Assembly: GCA_026396115.1 (NCBI GenBank)
Contig: JAPLXL010000006.1
Span: 1 to 53,028 of the forward strand
Direction: 5' to 3'
DNA from: Candidatus Nealsonbacteria bacterium
GTDB lineage: Bacteria; Patescibacteriota; Minisyncoccia; Minisyncoccales; RBG-13-42-11
Length of the DNA stretch: 53,028 nt
The notes under the pieces are model-generated. The model saw only the letters and a list, made by a program, of their open reading frames with translations, made no database searches and was not told the DNA's origin. Position 1 is the first letter of the stretch. The number at the start of each line of letters is the position of its first letter. Position numbers and translations under genes: made by a program. Below are positions 16,683 through 25,654 of the stretch, in pieces.

Positions 16683-16717
16683 TTATAAAAGATAAAAGGT
16701 CGAAAATTTTTAAAAAC

Positions 16718-16760
16718 CCGAATCGCAATGAAGGGTGAAGAAGAGATTTATCTCTTCGAC
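16718..16760. repeat. palindromic repeat family copy R10 (arm IV)
   Basis: CCGAATCGCAATGAAGGGTGAAGAAGAGATTTATCTCTTCGAC. Same subfamily as 17779-17820 and 36762-36803. Confidence 0.8.
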
Positions 16761-16781
16761 TACTAAACAAATTAACAAAAT

Positions 16782-17543
16782 ATGTTTGATGTTAAAAATA
16801 AGGTAGCGATTGTTACCGGAGCCAAAAGGGGAATGGGTAGAACCCATGCTTTGGCTTTGGCTAAGGCCGGCGCCAAAGTAGTAGTTTCTGACATTTCCCA
16901 GGAGGACTGCCAAGTCGTGGTTAAGGAAATTAAAAAAGACGGGGGCGAGGCAATAGCAATAAAATGCGATGTGTCAAAAAAGGAAGAGGTAGATAATATG
17001 GTCAAGGCAACTGTTGATAAATGGGGAAAAATAGATATTTTGATTAACAATGCAGGGATTTGTCAATTTAAGCCCTTTTTGGAATTAACCGAACAAGAGT
17101 GGGACAGAACCATTGATATAAATTTAAAGGGATATTTTCTTTGCAGCCAGGCAGCAGCCAAAGAAATGGTAAGGCAAAAATCAGGGGCGATTGTCAATAT
17201 TGCTTCAATTGCTATGGGTCAGGTAGGAGTTGGTTTTTTAAATCTGGCGCATTATTCTGCTTCAAAAGGCGGGATAGTCGGGATGACCGAAACAATGGCT
17301 ATAGAATTAGGACCTTACAATATCAGGGTAAACGCTATTGCTCCCGGAGTCATTGAAACGCCAATGATTGATCCTATAAAACAAGACCAAAAAGCAATGG
17401 AAGGAATATTAGCCCGGGTTCCTCTTCATCGAGTAGGAAAGTCGGAAGAAGTATCTAATTTAGTTTTATTTTTAGCTTCCGATGCTTCTTCCTATATGAC
17501 CGGTTCCACCGTAGTGATTGACGGCGGCTGGCTGGCTGGATAA
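16782..17543 (+). CDS. short-chain dehydrogenase/reductase (FabG-like)
   Basis: VAIVTGAKRGMG, NNAG, YSASKGG. 253 aa. Confidence 0.88.
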   Translation: MFDVKNKVAIVTGAKRGMGRTHALALAKAGAKVVVSDISQEDCQVVVKEIKKDGGEAIAIKCDVSKKEEVDNMVKATVDKWGKIDILINNAGICQFKPFLELTEQEWDRTIDINLKGYFLCSQAAAKEMVRQKSGAIVNIASIAMGQVGVGFLNLAHYSASKGGIVGMTETMAIELGPYNIRVNAIAPGVIETPMIDPIKQDQKAMEGILARVPLHRVGKSEEVSNLVLFLASDASSYMTGSTVVIDGGWLAG

Positions 17544-17756
17544 ATGGTTATGAAAATTACCAAAGATACAACCTTAACTGAAATTTTAAAGAATACAGAG
17601 GCAGAGAAAATTTTAGCAAAGTATAATTTGCCCTGTTTGGGTTGTTCATTTTTTCAGTATGAAATGGAAAGTTTAAAAATCGGCCATATTTGTAAGATGT
17701 ATAATATAGATATTGAAAAATTGCTTAAAGAGTTGAACGGGGTTTACAAAAAATAA
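17544..17756 (+). CDS. DUF1858-like small redox-disulfide protein
   Basis: 70 aa. TEILKNTEAEKILAKYNLPCLGCSF pattern, as in hybrid-cluster-protein-associated redox disulfide proteins. Confidence 0.6.
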   Translation: MVMKITKDTTLTEILKNTEAEKILAKYNLPCLGCSFFQYEMESLKIGHICKMYNIDIEKLLKELNGVYKK

Positions 17757-17778
17757 TCTTTAAAGTATAATTAAAAAG

Positions 17779-17820
17779 TCGAATATAATGAAGGCTGAAA
17801 AAGAGATTTATCTCTTTAAC
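17779..17820. repeat. palindromic repeat family copy R11 (arm IV)
   Basis: TCGAATATAATGAAGGCTGAAAAAGAGATTTATCTCTTTAAC, ending 2 nt before the ATG at 17823. Confidence 0.75.
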
Positions 17821-17822
17821 AT

Positions 17823-18578
17823 ATGTTAGAAAAAATCAACAAAATAATAATACCTTTGTCTATTATTGCCGTAGGAATAATTATTGCGGCAGCTTTTGTT
17901 TTTGTTAATCAAGAAAAAATCAAAGGAGCGGCCCTAAAGGAATTGCCGGCTCAGCAAGCAGCTGAAAAAGCAATAAATTATGTCAACGAGAATCTTTTAG
18001 GCCAGGGGATCGTTGCTTCTCTGGTTGATGTTTCGGACACAGGAAGCATTTATAAGATCCGTCTAAAAGTTGAAGAAACGGAGTACGATTCTTACGTGAC
18101 CAAAGACGGAAAGCTTTTGTTTACCGAACAGGGGATTGATTTGGATAAAGAACAAAATAATCCCGAAGAAATTGTTAAACAGAAAGGTACTACCATTGGC
18201 AATTTTTCCATCAGCGAAGACGAGATTTGCAAGGAAAACGAAAAACCGATTGTATATTTTTTTGGTTCAGAGAGCTGTCCTCACTGCCTATGGGAACATC
18301 CGATTTTTGAGAAAGTGGTAAATAATTTTGAAGGATATATTTCTTTCCACAACAATATGGATTCGGATAAAGACACGGAAGTATTGACGAAATATAGCAC
18401 CGGCGGAATACCAACCTTAGTTTTGGGCTGCAAATATTATCGAGTCGGTTCAGGAGAACAGGCAGGCGAAGAAACAGAGTCCAAGAATCTAACTGCTTTA
18501 TTTTGTAAATTAACCGGAGAGAAACCAGGTGATATTTGTGAACCGGTCAAAGATTTGATAAACCAAATTAATGAGTGA
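17823..18578 (+). CDS. membrane-anchored thioredoxin-fold (DsbA/thiol:disulfide interchange-like) protein
   Basis: N-terminal TM helix IIPLSIIAVGIIIAAAFVFV. CxxC in FFGSESCPHCLWEHP. Confidence 0.7.
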   Translation: MLEKINKIIIPLSIIAVGIIIAAAFVFVNQEKIKGAALKELPAQQAAEKAINYVNENLLGQGIVASLVDVSDTGSIYKIRLKVEETEYDSYVTKDGKLLFTEQGIDLDKEQNNPEEIVKQKGTTIGNFSISEDEICKENEKPIVYFFGSESCPHCLWEHPIFEKVVNNFEGYISFHNNMDSDKDTEVLTKYSTGGIPTLVLGCKYYRVGSGEQAGEETESKNLTALFCKLTGEKPGDICEPVKDLINQINE

Positions 18579-18876
18579 AAATAAAGCATTCCAAGTCAAA
18601 GAAGATTCTTTCTTCTCCTCTTCAGCTAAAGCTTCGGAAAGAAAGGTGCGATTATTTTCTACGCCGGGTTGCCCTTATTGTTTTACTTTAAAGGAATTTT
18701 TAAAGGAACATAATGTAAGTTTTGGAGAAATAGATGTTTCCGAAGATGAAAAGAGTCGTGATTATATCATTGAAAAGACCGGCAAAATGGAGGCGCCGAT
18801 AGTGGAAATAGACGGCGAAATTGTCGTGGGATTTGATAAAGAAAAAATTTGTAAGTTATTAAAGCTTAAGGAATAA
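18571..18876 (+). CDS. glutaredoxin/NrdH-like protein with repeat-encoded N-terminal extension
   Basis: RLFSTPGCPYCFTLKEFL (CPYC) and the glutaredoxin pattern APIVEIDGEIVVGFD. Confidence 0.85.
   Translation: MSENKAFQVKEDSFFSSSAKASERKVRLFSTPGCPYCFTLKEFLKEHNVSFGEIDVSEDEKSRDYIIEKTGKMEAPIVEIDGEIVVGFDKEKICKLLKLKE
18597..18638. repeat. palindromic repeat family copy R12 (arm III), in frame at the glutaredoxin 5' end
   Basis: CAAAGAAGAttcTTTCTTCTCCTCTTCAGCTAAAGCTTCGGA. Encodes KEDSFFSSSAKASE. Confidence 0.8.
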
Positions 18877-18934
18877 GCCCTAGCCTATTCCTTTCGCCTC
18901 TTCATTTTTTTAATTCAGAGAATAAAAGAATAGT

Positions 18935-19960
18935 ATGCCAATTAAAATTGCCATAAATGGCTTCGGAAGGATAGGCCGGCCTACTTTTAGGAGAATTTTA
19001 GACAGTCATCCCGAGTTGGATATTGTGGCGGTTAATGATTTAACCGACCCCAAAACCTTAGCTTATCTTTTAAGATACGATTCGGTTTATGGAATTTATA
19101 AAAAATCGGTGAAATTTGCCGAAAAAGAACTTTTAATTGATGGAACCCAGCAAGGGAAAAAGGTTAAAATTTTAGCCGAGACCGATCCTTCAAAATTACC
19201 CTGGAAAGAGCTGGGGATTGATATTGTTTTGGAATGCACTGGTCACTTTACCGATTATGAAGGAGCAAAAAAACATTTAACAGCCGGAGCAAAAAAAGTG
19301 ATAATTTCCGCTCCCTCAAAAAATCCGGAGAAAATTCCTTCATATGTCTTGGGAGTAAATGAAGAAAAATTTGATAACAAAAAAGATGAAGTGATGGATA
19401 TGGGTTCTTGCACTACCAATTGTTTAGCTCCCGTTGCCAAAATTCTAAATCAGAATTTTAAAATTATTAAGGGCTTTATGACAACGGTTCACAGTTATAC
19501 CAATGATCAGCGAATTTTAGATCTGGCTCACAAGGATTTGAGAAGAGCGAGGGCGGCGGCCATAAATATTATTCCCACAACTACGGGAGCAGCCAAAGCC
19601 ATTGGTAATGTAATTCCCGAATTAAAAGGAAAATTAGACGGTATTGCTTTTAGGGTTCCGACAGCTACGGTTTCTGTATTAGATTTAATTTGTCAGGTGG
19701 AAAAAGAAACATCAAGCGAAGAAGTGAATTATGCATTCAAAAAGGCCTCTCAGCAAAAAGAACTAAAAGGAATTTTGGGGATAGAAGACGCTCTTTTGGT
19801 CTCTTCTGATTATATTGGAAATTCTTTTTCAGCCGTGGTAGATGCCGGACTGACAATGGCGCAAGACAATTTGGTAAAGGTTGTTGCCTGGTATGACAAC
19901 GAATGGGCATACGCTTGCAGATTAGCCGAATTTGCCGAATTTGTAGGGAAGAGAATGTAA
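18935..19960 (+). CDS. gap: glyceraldehyde-3-phosphate dehydrogenase
   Basis: INGFGRIGR, SCTTNCLAP, WYDNEW. Confidence 0.95.
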   Translation: MPIKIAINGFGRIGRPTFRRILDSHPELDIVAVNDLTDPKTLAYLLRYDSVYGIYKKSVKFAEKELLIDGTQQGKKVKILAETDPSKLPWKELGIDIVLECTGHFTDYEGAKKHLTAGAKKVIISAPSKNPEKIPSYVLGVNEEKFDNKKDEVMDMGSCTTNCLAPVAKILNQNFKIIKGFMTTVHSYTNDQRILDLAHKDLRRARAAAINIIPTTTGAAKAIGNVIPELKGKLDGIAFRVPTATVSVLDLICQVEKETSSEEVNYAFKKASQQKELKGILGIEDALLVSSDYIGNSFSAVVDAGLTMAQDNLVKVVAWYDNEWAYACRLAEFAEFVGKRM

Positions 19961-19989
19961 AGTTTACAGAAAATAATTCTCTATATTTA

Positions 19990-20012
19990 ATCGGGGCTTT
20001 GCTCCGATTTTT
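19990..20012 (+). terminator. rho-independent terminator after gap
   Basis: ATCGGGG-ctttg-CTCCGAT followed by TTTT. Confidence 0.6.
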
Positions 20013-20051
20013 AATTTAAGGTATAATATAATAAGTTAAAAGTTAAAAATT

Positions 20052-22028
20052 ATGATTAAGAGAGGAGACTTATATTTTCCGACTAAAGATTTTAAGAAAA
20101 AGGCCTGGCTAAAAGATAAAAAAATTTACAGAGAGGCGCAAAAAGACCCAATTAAATTTTGGGAAAATTTGGCTAATGAATTGAGTTGGAGGAAAAAATG
20201 GAAAAAAGTTTTTGAGCATAAGCCGCCCTATTTTAAGTGGTTTGTCGCCGGAAAATTAAATATTACCGAGAATATTTTTGAAAAGAACTCTCAAGGTTGG
20301 GAAGAAATAAAAAACAAAACAGCTATTATCTGGGAACCGGAACCAGAAAAAGAAAAACCAATAATTCTGACTTATCAAGAACTTTTTCAGAGAGTTAATA
20401 AGTTGGCTAACGGTCTTAAAAAATTGGGAGTAAAAAAAGGCGACAGGGTGGGGATTTATTTGCCAATGATTCCTGAAGTAATAATTTCAATGCTGGCTTG
20501 CGCCAGAATTGGAGCTGTTCATACTGTGGTTTTTTCCGCTTTTTCGTCACACGCCTTACAAATACGGCTACAAGATACTGAAGCCAAAATTTTGATAACT
20601 GCCGATGGTTATTATAGAAGGGGTCAAATTATTAATCTAAAACAGGCAGCCGATGAGGGGATAAAAGAAACGAATGTTGAGAAAGTTCTTGTTGTTAAGA
20701 GGGCCGGCAATCAGGTTTCTTGGGATAAAAATCATGATTTGTGGTGGCATGAGTTAGTTGGAAAAGAATCTGACCAGTGTCAACCGGAAATAATGGATTC
20801 AGAAGATCCCTTTTTTATTTTGTATACGAGTGGAAGCACCGGTAAGCCCAAGGGCATTTTGCACACTTGCGGGGGTTATACGGTTCAGGCAAAATTTACA
20901 GGAAAATGGATATTTGATTTGAAAGAAGATGATATTTTGTGGTGCACTTCTGATGTCGGTTGGATTACCGGAATAACATACACAGCTTACTCACCTTTGC
21001 TCAATGGAGTTCCTACTTTATTTTTTGAAGGCGCTCCTGATTGGCCGGCTCCCGACAGATGGGCTAAAATTATTGAAAAACACAAAGTCACAACTTTTTA
21101 TACCGCTCCCACCGCCATCAGAATGTTTGAAAAGTACGGCACAAAAGTTATTGAGAAATACAAATTTGAAAGTTTGCAGCTTTTGGGCTCGGTTGGCGAA
21201 CCGATTGATGAATCAGCTTGGCTTTGGTATTTTAAAGAGGTAGGAAAGGAGAGATGTCCGATTGTTGATACTTGGTGGCAGACAGAAACCGGCGGAATTT
21301 TAATTACTTCTTTGCCGGGAATCGGCCCTTTTAAACCGGCCTTTACCGGATTACCATTTCCGGGAGTGAAAGTTGAAATTTTAAATGAAAAGGGGAAACC
21401 TTGCAAAGAAAATGAAGCCGGAAATTTAGTTTTACTTCCTCCTTTTGCCCCAGGTTTATTAAGAGGAATTTACAAAAACCCTCAAAAATATTTAGAAACT
21501 TACTGGAGCCAGTACGGAAAGAAAATTTATTTTACTTCCGATGGAGCGATAATTGATAAAAATGGTTTAATCCGAATTATTGGCAGGGTAGATGACGTAA
21601 TTAAGATGGCGGGTCACAGATTGTCTACCGGAGAATTAGAGGCAGCAGTTAACTTTCATCCAGATATTACCGAATGCGCAGTCATTGGAATTCCAGACGA
21701 GATAAAAGGAGAGGCGCCGGTCGTCTTTATAGTTTATAAAGGTCAAAAATCTGTAGATGAAGTAAAAAAAGAAGTAATAGAGCATATCAAAGAAGAAATC
21801 GGCCCCATTGCTTTGCCCAAAGAAATTTATTTGGTTGAAGATTTGCCAAAGACCCGCTCCGGGAAAATTATGCGCCGAATTTTGAAGAAATTATTTACCC
21901 GAGCCACAGCGAAGGGTGAAGAAGAGGATAAATCTTCTTCGCCTACCGACCAAGAGCTTGGTGATCTATCAACTTTGGCTAATCCGGAGAGTGTTGATGA
22001 ACTTAAAAAAATAATTGGTAAAAAATGA
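20052..22028 (+). CDS. acs: acetyl-CoA synthetase (AMP-forming) with in-frame repeat insertion near the C-terminus
   Basis: YTSGSTGKPKG, WWQTETGG, SGKIMRRIL, GDLSTLANP. Confidence 0.95.
   Translation: MIKRGDLYFPTKDFKKKAWLKDKKIYREAQKDPIKFWENLANELSWRKKWKKVFEHKPPYFKWFVAGKLNITENIFEKNSQGWEEIKNKTAIIWEPEPEKEKPIILTYQELFQRVNKLANGLKKLGVKKGDRVGIYLPMIPEVIISMLACARIGAVHTVVFSAFSSHALQIRLQDTEAKILITADGYYRRGQIINLKQAADEGIKETNVEKVLVVKRAGNQVSWDKNHDLWWHELVGKESDQCQPEIMDSEDPFFILYTSGSTGKPKGILHTCGGYTVQAKFTGKWIFDLKEDDILWCTSDVGWITGITYTAYSPLLNGVPTLFFEGAPDWPAPDRWAKIIEKHKVTTFYTAPTAIRMFEKYGTKVIEKYKFESLQLLGSVGEPIDESAWLWYFKEVGKERCPIVDTWWQTETGGILITSLPGIGPFKPAFTGLPFPGVKVEILNEKGKPCKENEAGNLVLLPPFAPGLLRGIYKNPQKYLETYWSQYGKKIYFTSDGAIIDKNGLIRIIGRVDDVIKMAGHRLSTGELEAAVNFHPDITECAVIGIPDEIKGEAPVVFIVYKGQKSVDEVKKEVIEHIKEEIGPIALPKEIYLVEDLPKTRSGKIMRRILKKLFTRATAKGEEEDKSSSPTDQELGDLSTLANPESVDELKKIIGKK
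21898..21961. repeat. palindromic repeat family copy R13 (arm I plus partial arm II), in frame inside acs
   Basis: CCCGAGCCACAGCGAAGGGTGAAGAAGAGGAtaaaTCTTCTTCGCCTACCGACCAAGAGCTTGG. Encodes RATAKGEEEDKSSSPTDQEL. Confidence 0.88.
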
Positions 22029-22651
22029 AAGAAAAGATTCTTAAAAAAGAAATTCCCATTGAGGTCTCGGCACGACATATTCATTTATGCCAAAAAGATT
22101 TAGAGGCGCTTTTTGGCAAAGGATATAGATTAAAAAAACTGAAGAATCTTTTCCAGCCCGGCGAATTTGCAGCAAAAGAAATTTTAGAGGTCAATGGTAA
22201 TTCTGAAAAAAGTTTAAATTTCAGAGTGATTGGACCCGTTCGAAAAGAAACTCAAATTGAATTATCTAAAACCGATGCAATTTTTTTGGGAATAAATCCT
22301 CCGGTTAGAGACTCAAGTGATCTTAAAGGTACTCCTTCTGCCTTTTTAATAGGCCCGAAGGGTAAAATTAAATCCAAGCAGGGAGTAATTAATAATTGGC
22401 GGCATATTCATTGTAATTTTAAAGAAGCTAAAAAAATTGGCTTAAAAGACAAAATGTTGGTTTCAATTAGAGTAAATGGTTTATGTGCGCTAACTTTTCA
22501 TAATGTTAAGGTTCGAGTGAAAAAAAGATCGCGGCTTTGTCTGCACCTTGATACTGACGAAGGAAATGCAGCCAATATAAAAACTAAGGGAAGCGGTGAA
22601 ATTTTATTAGGCGAAGAGGGTTTCCCCTCTTCTTCACCCTCGTTTCCATAA
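22025..22651 (+). CDS. pduL: PduL-type phosphate acyltransferase with repeat-encoded C-terminal tail
   Basis: IPIEVSARHIHL and a second WRHIHC repeat, the two-PduL-domain pattern. ATGA overlap with acs. Confidence 0.85.
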   Translation: MKEKILKKEIPIEVSARHIHLCQKDLEALFGKGYRLKKLKNLFQPGEFAAKEILEVNGNSEKSLNFRVIGPVRKETQIELSKTDAIFLGINPPVRDSSDLKGTPSAFLIGPKGKIKSKQGVINNWRHIHCNFKEAKKIGLKDKMLVSIRVNGLCALTFHNVKVRVKKRSRLCLHLDTDEGNAANIKTKGSGEILLGEEGFPSSSPSFP

Positions 22652-22665
22652 ATGGAAGCTCGGTA
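22610..22665. repeat. palindromic repeat family copy R14 (arm II), supplies the last 14 codons and the stop codon of pduL
   Basis: GGCGAAGAGGGtttcCCCTCTTCTTCACCCTCGTTTCCataaatGGAAGCTCGGTA. The TAA at 22649-22651 lies in the loop of the second hairpin. Confidence 0.88.
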
Positions 22666-22734
22666 TATGATTAAACATAAAAAATTTAATTTAAAAATCT
22701 GAAAAAAATTCTTATCGCTATAAAAAATGATTTT

Positions 22735-23256
22735 ATGAGAAAAACGTATTTTGAGGTTTTTCAGGCCGAAGGTTTCCAGGCCTTTAAGACAAACAACGGG
22801 AAAGAGGTCTTGGATTTAGCAAAAAAAGAAACGCCAAATATAATTTTGCTTGATGTTGCTTTGTCGGAAATGGATGGTTTCCGGGCGTTGGAAGCCCTAA
22901 AAAAAGACACGTCCACCCAAAAAATTCCTGTGATTATGTATGCGCAATTAGAAAAAAAAGAGGACAGGGCGAAGGCAATTGAGTTGGAGGCCAGGGACTT
23001 TATCACTGCTGCCGAGGTTACTCCTTTAGAAGCGATCAATAGAATAAAAATTATCCTGGGCGAACAAAGGTCTTACAGGGTTGCCATTAATAAAAACGAT
23101 GGATATGACATTAAGGAATTTATCGAAGACTTAATCGGTAATAAAGTTGCCAAATGCCCCAAATGCGGCTCCGACCTTATCTTGCATTTAATAAAAGATT
23201 TATCAAAGGGTCCCGATTATTTTAAGGTATCTTTTATATGTCCTAAATGCGCTTGA
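22735..23256 (+). CDS. response-regulator receiver-like domain with C-terminal zinc ribbon
   Basis: PNIILLDVALSEMDGFRALEALKK...IPVIMY receiver core. C-terminal CPKCGSD...CPKC. Confidence 0.7.
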   Translation: MRKTYFEVFQAEGFQAFKTNNGKEVLDLAKKETPNIILLDVALSEMDGFRALEALKKDTSTQKIPVIMYAQLEKKEDRAKAIELEARDFITAAEVTPLEAINRIKIILGEQRSYRVAINKNDGYDIKEFIEDLIGNKVAKCPKCGSDLILHLIKDLSKGPDYFKVSFICPKCA

Positions 23257-23260
23257 AAAT

Positions 23261-25654
23261 ATGATAAAAGAAAAATCAGAAAAAAATATTTTATGGCTAA
23301 ACGAAACTAGTATTGAAGATATTCCTTTGGTTGGCGGGAAAAACGCTTCTTTGGGCGAGATGTACAACCAGCTTTCCAAAAAGGGAATTAATGTCCCGGA
23401 CGGTTTTGCTTTTACCACCGCAGATTATTGGTATTTTTTAAAAGAGAATAAGCTTAAGAAAAAATTAAAAGAAATTTTTGTTAAATTCAATTCAAAAAGC
23501 ATCAAGAGTTTGCAAGAAACCGGCAAGAAAGCCAGAGAAATTGTTTTAGAAGGAGAATTTCCGGAAGATTTAAAAAAAGGAATTATAAAAGCTTATCAAA
23601 AATTAGAAAAAGAATATGGAAAAAACTGCCAGGTGGCAGTCAGGTCTTCCGGCACGGCTGAAGACGCTCCCCGAGATTCTTTTGCCGGCCAGTTTGAAAC
23701 CTATTTGAATGTTAAAGGAGAAAAAAGGTTATTGGGAGCGGTTAAAAAATGCCTGGCTTCATCCTTTAGTAACAGGGTGATTGCTTACAGGGAAGAGAAA
23801 AAAATTTCTCATTTGGAGTTTGCTCTTTCAATCGGCGTTCAAAAAATGGTCAGGTCTGATTTGGCTTCTTCTGGGGTAATGTTTACCTTAGATACCGAAA
23901 CCGGTTTTCCCGATGTGGTTTTAATAAGTTCTATTTTTGGAGTGGGAGAGATGATTGTTCAGGGCAAAATCACTCCGGATGAGTTTTATGTGCATAAACC
24001 CACTTTTAAAAAGGGCTACAAGTCAATAATTCTTAAAAATTTGGGAAGAAAAACAAAAAAATATATTTTTGCTAAAGCCGGCGGGCTGAAAGAAGTTCAA
24101 GTTGCGGAAAAAGATCAATTAAGATTTTCCTTGACTGACGAAGAAATTTTAACTCTGGCTCAATGGGCAATGACTATAGAAGAACATTATGGCAAGGCCC
24201 AAGATATTGAATGGGCAAAAGACGGAAAAACAGGAAAGCTTTTTATTGTCCAATCTCGGCCGGAAACTGTTCATACCCAAAAGAAAGAATCTTTTTACGA
24301 AGAATATGAAATAAAAACAGGCAAATTACCAGTTTTAACCGGCACCGCCATTGGCGATAAAATTGGCCAGGGAAAGGTTCGAATAATTCCCGATGTATCA
24401 AAAATCTCTCAATTTCAAAAGGGAGAAGTTCTGGTGACAAGAATGACTGACCCTGATTGGCTGCCGGCAATGAGAATTGCTTCGGCCATTGTGACCGGCG
24501 AGGGTGGAAAAACTTGCCATAGCGCAATAGTAGCAAGAGAAATAGGAATACCGGCAATCGTCGGAGCGAAAAACGCAACAAAAGTTTTAAAAATGGGAGA
24601 AATGGTAACCGTGGATTGTACCCAAGGATTAAATGGAAAGATTTTCCGAGGCAGAGTTCCGTTTAAGGTTAATAGATACAATCTTAAAAAAATCCCCGAA
24701 CTCAAAACCAAAATAATGGTTAATATCGGAGCGCCGGAAATTGCTTTCAAAACTTCTTTTTTGCCGACAGACGGCGTGGGTTTGGCCAGAGTTGAATTTA
24801 TTTTAGCTGAGAAAATTAGAGTTCATCCTTTAGCCCTTTATCATTATAAAAAATTAAAAGATAGAAAAATAAAAAAAGAAATTGAAAAATTGACAATTGA
24901 ACATAAAGACAAAAGGGAGTATTTTATTAAAGAACTGGCTGAGGGAATTGCTCAGATAGCTTCAGCCTTCTATCCGAAAGAAGTCATTGTCCGTTTTTCT
25001 GATTTTAAATCAAACGAATATAAAAATTTAGTTGGCGGTAAATTGTTTGAAAAAGAAGAGGAAAATCCAATGTTAGGTTTCCGAGGGGCCTGTCGTTATT
25101 TAGACAAAGAGTTTCGGCCGGCATTTGAAATGGAATGTCAGGCAATTAAAAGATGTCTGGAAGTTTTCGGCCTGAAAAACATTTCGGTTATGATTCCTTT
25201 TTGTCGAACGGTCGAGGAAGGCAAGCAAGTTCTTGATTTAATGAAAAAATTTGGACTGGAAAAGGGCAAAGACAGTTTAAAGGTCTATGTGATGTGCGAA
25301 ATTCCCTCTAATGTAATTATGACTGATAAATTTTTAGAAATTTTTGACGGAATGAGCATTGGCTCTAATGATTTAACTCAATTAGTTTTAGGGATAGACA
25401 GGGATAATGCTAAAATAGCTTATATTGGCGATGAACAGAATGAGGCAGTGAAAGAAATGATTAAAAGAGTGATTGATATTTGCAGAAAAAGAAAAAAATA
25501 TGTGGGAATTTGCGGACAGGCGCCGTCGGATTATCCCGAATTTGCCAAACTTTTAGTAAAACAGGGGATAGAGAGTATTTCTTTAAACCCCGATACCGTA
25601 ATTAAAACAATTTTATTAATTGCTAAAAGAAAAAAGAAAAAACATAATGTTTGA
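23261..25654 (+). CDS. ppsA: phosphoenolpyruvate synthase (pyruvate, water dikinase)
   Basis: GGKNASLGEM and the phosphohistidine segment TGEGGKTCHSAIVAREIGIPA. C-terminal PEP-utilising TIM barrel (GSNDLTQL). Confidence 0.95.
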   Translation: MIKEKSEKNILWLNETSIEDIPLVGGKNASLGEMYNQLSKKGINVPDGFAFTTADYWYFLKENKLKKKLKEIFVKFNSKSIKSLQETGKKAREIVLEGEFPEDLKKGIIKAYQKLEKEYGKNCQVAVRSSGTAEDAPRDSFAGQFETYLNVKGEKRLLGAVKKCLASSFSNRVIAYREEKKISHLEFALSIGVQKMVRSDLASSGVMFTLDTETGFPDVVLISSIFGVGEMIVQGKITPDEFYVHKPTFKKGYKSIILKNLGRKTKKYIFAKAGGLKEVQVAEKDQLRFSLTDEEILTLAQWAMTIEEHYGKAQDIEWAKDGKTGKLFIVQSRPETVHTQKKESFYEEYEIKTGKLPVLTGTAIGDKIGQGKVRIIPDVSKISQFQKGEVLVTRMTDPDWLPAMRIASAIVTGEGGKTCHSAIVAREIGIPAIVGAKNATKVLKMGEMVTVDCTQGLNGKIFRGRVPFKVNRYNLKKIPELKTKIMVNIGAPEIAFKTSFLPTDGVGLARVEFILAEKIRVHPLALYHYKKLKDRKIKKEIEKLTIEHKDKREYFIKELAEGIAQIASAFYPKEVIVRFSDFKSNEYKNLVGGKLFEKEEENPMLGFRGACRYLDKEFRPAFEMECQAIKRCLEVFGLKNISVMIPFCRTVEEGKQVLDLMKKFGLEKGKDSLKVYVMCEIPSNVIMTDKFLEIFDGMSIGSNDLTQLVLGIDRDNAKIAYIGDEQNEAVKEMIKRVIDICRKRKKYVGICGQAPSDYPEFAKLLVKQGIESISLNPDTVIKTILLIAKRKKKKHNV

